Positions 61,760 to 64,000 of a stretch of 64,000 nt of DNA are shown piece by piece. Source of the stretch: a virus (taxonomy: Duplodnaviria > Caudoviricetes); the IMG/VR virus record IMGVR_UViG_2751185783_000001, positions 1 to 64,000 of that record, one strand, 5' to 3'. The notes beneath the pieces are model-generated. The model did no database searches, was not told where the DNA came from, and was given only the letters and a program-made list of their open reading frames with translations. Positions within the stretch are counted from its first letter, which is position 1; each line of letters starts with the position of its first letter. A program made the translations under genes and the position numbers.

Positions 61760-62893
61760 CTACCGGGCGATGACCCGCCATTCCTGCGTCATCTCGCCCG
61801 CGTCCGGGGGGAGTGGCAACGTCCATGAAGTGACCTGCGCGTCGGCGAGCAGGTCGGCGGTGGCCACGTAGATGCGGTCGTAGTGCCAGTGCAGCGGGTT
61901 GGGGGCACTGGTGACGGTGACGACGGTGGGGATGTCCATGTCCGCTTGGATGATCTGCTGGGCTTGCACGATCAGGGACGCTTGGTCGGCGGTGTCGACC
62001 CCGACGACCTTAGGGATGACCAGGCCGCCGCGGGCGTCCACCGACGTTTCGCCCACACTCTGGTTGACCCAGGTCCACATGCCGTCGCCGTCGACCGGTG
62101 CCGCCGCGTCGATGTTGTTCGACCTGTACACGACCCACTTGTTGGGGGCGGCGAAGTAGTCGTGGACGACCTGCCTGTCCACGCCCAGCATCGTCGTGGC
62201 CTGGTCGTCGGTGTACGTCCACTCCGCGGCCCGTTCGGCGGGCAGCTGATACGGGTGGCAGCGCAGCCGGCCGTCCCAGTCGGCCCAGATCCCGGCGTAG
62301 CCGATGGACGCGAGCAGGTCGTTGACGATGGACAGCCAGGTGACGGTGTCTTCCATCGCCCACACCCGCGACGTCGGTGCGACCGTCGAGGCGGAGGTCG
62401 GGTCGATGATGTACTGGGTTAAGCCGTGCGCGAGGAGGATCTGCTCGACGACCTCGAGGTAGGAGGCGCCTGCGGCGATCGCGTAGGTGTCGCCGACGGG
62501 CTGTTGAAGCCGCAACAGCAGGTCGTAGCCTTCGATTTCAAACATGGGTGGGCTTTCCGCCGTGGAGTAGGCGGGCACCGACGTGTGGTAGACGCCCAGG
62601 TTGAACCGGGCGGTTACCGTCCCGTCCGCTAGGACGATGTAGGGGCGGACCAGTCCGGCACCCCAGTCCAGCTCCCGTGACACCTTCAGGCTGGCGGCGC
62701 CGTGCAGGTCGGCGTAGCTGTTGCGGCTGACCTGGCCGCCGGCCAGGTGGTCGGAGATGTCCTCGATCACGTTCAGGGCCAGGTCGATGATTTCGAGGCC
62801 GCCGGAGACGGTGAGCGCCTCCGACTCCTGGAGCAGCGTCCTGACCTGCGCGGTGGCCAGAGCGGCGCGGGGGCCGTCGGTGGGCGGCTGCAC
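61760..62893 (-). CDS. Minor tail/baseplate hub-like protein
   Basis: FNLGVY..., GYDLL..L, L.IVNDLL..IGY...WAD.DG. Confidence 0.75.
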   Translation of the reverse strand: MQPPTDGPRAALATAQVRTLLQESEALTVSGGLEIIDLALNVIEDISDHLAGGQVSRNSYADLHGAASLKVSRELDWGAGLVRPYIVLADGTVTARFNLGVYHTSVPAYSTAESPPMFEIEGYDLLLRLQQPVGDTYAIAAGASYLEVVEQILLAHGLTQYIIDPTSASTVAPTSRVWAMEDTVTWLSIVNDLLASIGYAGIWADWDGRLRCHPYQLPAERAAEWTYTDDQATTMLGVDRQVVHDYFAAPNKWVVYRSNNIDAAAPVDGDGMWTWVNQSVGETSVDARGGLVIPKVVGVDTADQASLIVQAQQIIQADMDIPTVVTVTSAPNPLHWHYDRIYVATADLLADAQVTSWTLPLPPDAGEMTQEWRVIAR

Positions 62894-62907
62894 AGGATCA
62901 CCCCCGT

Positions 62908-63282
62908 TCAGACGCCTTCGACGGTGGTCGTCACATGCAGGGTGACCTGCGCCGAGTACATGGTGGCCGGCATGTACTCGCCTACCGTCACGTCGAAGAA
63001 CACGCCAAACCACTTGTTACCGCGGTGGTCGCGGAGTTGGACGTGGGCGCCGAGCCACGATTTCAGCGTGTCTACCTGTGCCGCCGTCAGCATGACGAAC
63101 GTGCGGGCCACTTCCGCCTTGGTGCCGACGGTGGTGATGGCCCGCCGCCGCCCGGACGCGTAGGTGCGGACCTCACCGTCGATGCCGTAGCCGGTGGTGC
63201 GGTCCCGGGCCGACGGGCCGGAGATGGCTTCTCCGGTGTCGACCCGGTTCAACCACAAAGCGTTGAGCACGACGGACGCCAC
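62908..63282 (-). CDS. Distal tail (Dit-like) protein
   Basis: Directly after the tape measure; LRD.RG.K.FG. Confidence 0.65.
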   Translation of the reverse strand: MASVVLNALWLNRVDTGEAISGPSARDRTTGYGIDGEVRTYASGRRRAITTVGTKAEVARTFVMLTAAQVDTLKSWLGAHVQLRDHRGNKWFGVFFDVTVGEYMPATMYSAQVTLHVTTTVEGV

Positions 63283-63286
63283 CGCA

Positions 63287-64000
63287 TCACCCCCGCGCCA
63301 TCACCGGTGTCGACCGGGCCGACTGGACCGTGCGGCGGGTGCCCGACAGCATTGCCGCCGCCACGCCGGGCGCCACGTCTCCGATGGCGGAGATGAGCTT
63401 TTCGAGGCGGTCGATGACCTGTTCCATCGTCGGCGCCGGGGTGACGGTTTCGTTGCGGCCGGTCCCGTTGTAGATGGGCGGGGACCAGCCGGGTTGCAGC
63501 CAGCCGCCGGTGTCCATGACGGGGAACTGTGACTGGCCCTTGCCGAATTTCGGCAGGATCGCGCCGAGGCGGGCCGCCCAGTGGTCGTGGGCGTTGCCGC
63601 CCGAAAAATTGTGCTGGTTCCACACTGCCCCGGTGTAGGTGTGCTTCCTGCCGTTGTGCAGGTTGTACTGCTGATACGGGGTGATCAGCTCCTTGGTGAT
63701 GTTGCGGTAGTGGTCGTAGATGTACTTCGCCACGCTCTTGTCCGGCGGCACATCCACGGCCCGGTCTGTGCCGTGATACGACGGGTTGCCGGACAGGGTG
63801 CGGGCGCCCGGCCGGAACCCGGAGATCAGCCGCAGCCCGGGGAACTGCGCGCGCAAGGCCCGCATCATTCCCGCGCTGCCGCCGAACGGCGACGACCCGT
63901 TACCGGGGCCGGACGTGCCCGATGATCCCGGCGCGGCTACGAATCCGGTCACCTTGTCGACCGCGGCGTCCAGGAGCTTGCCCGGGACGGCGGTGACGAG
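63287..64000 (-). CDS. Tape measure protein, C-terminal part with an M15-like peptidase domain (5' end beyond the window)
   Basis: Frame open to the window edge; SYHGTDRAVD...HDH; MDTGGWLQPG...NGTGRNE.V. Confidence 0.8.
   Translation of the reverse strand, partial: LVTAVPGKLLDAAVDKVTGFVAAPGSSGTSGPGNGSSPFGGSAGMMRALRAQFPGLRLISGFRPGARTLSGNPSYHGTDRAVDVPPDKSVAKYIYDHYRNITKELITPYQQYNLHNGRKHTYTGAVWNQHNFSGGNAHDHWAARLGAILPKFGKGQSQFPVMDTGGWLQPGWSPPIYNGTGRNETVTPAPTMEQVIDRLEKLISAIGDVAPGVAAAMLSGTRRTVQSARSTPVMARG

Larger units (their letters stand above)
1..64000. mobile_element. Part of a large actinobacterial prophage/phage-plasmid with a conjugative transfer module
   Basis: Tail and lysis genes at 55-64 kb, dense operons of small overlapping ORFs, three replication modules, an FtsK/TraB module and no host housekeeping genes. 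Confidence 0.9.

Noticed and set aside
1-64000. Integrase, att sites, tRNA/rRNA, capsid or terminase genes
   Set aside because: None recognised; they may lie outside the window, so integrated versus plasmid state cannot be decided

Overview
High-GC (about 70%) actinobacterial mobile-element DNA; the gene families suggest a Micromonosporaceae/Actinoplanes-like host (inference). The window looks like part of a large temperate siphovirus or phage-plasmid. (i) 1-29.6 kb: long, translationally coupled operons of tiny hypothetical genes, several headed by a small RHH or HTH regulator with its own repeated operator. This region also holds a DnaB-N/AAA_25 helicase with a CGTGATTGC iteron array, a GIY-YIG nuclease and an orphan Panacea (DUF4065)-like gene. 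(ii) 30-36 kb: regulatory/TA island with XRE-DUF5753, XRE-TPR, CutA, an alpha/beta hydrolase, endonuclease VII, a PIN TA pair and a Panacea/RelE-like TA pair. (iii) 36-41 kb: second replication module with an XRE, a D5/SF3 helicase lacking a recognisable primase, a 23-bp inverted repeat and a family A DNA polymerase with non-canonical motifs A and B. (iv) 41-50.6 kb: actinomycete-type conjugation module (DUF2637/SpdA-like, membrane Spd-like proteins, FtsK/TraB translocase, membrane-anchored GIY-YIG). (v) 51-64 kb: lysis and tail genes, interrupted by a third HTH-initiator/iteron module. Best candidate system: a tailed phage with a TraB conjugation module that shares one palindromic operator with the phage small-gene operon, whose membrane-anchored wHTH protein carries a dense CTYACCG site array inside its own gene, next to an atypical PolA/helicase replicon. 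No integrase, tRNA, rRNA, CRISPR or reverse transcriptase was seen. All family calls come from motif recognition by eye, not from database searches.
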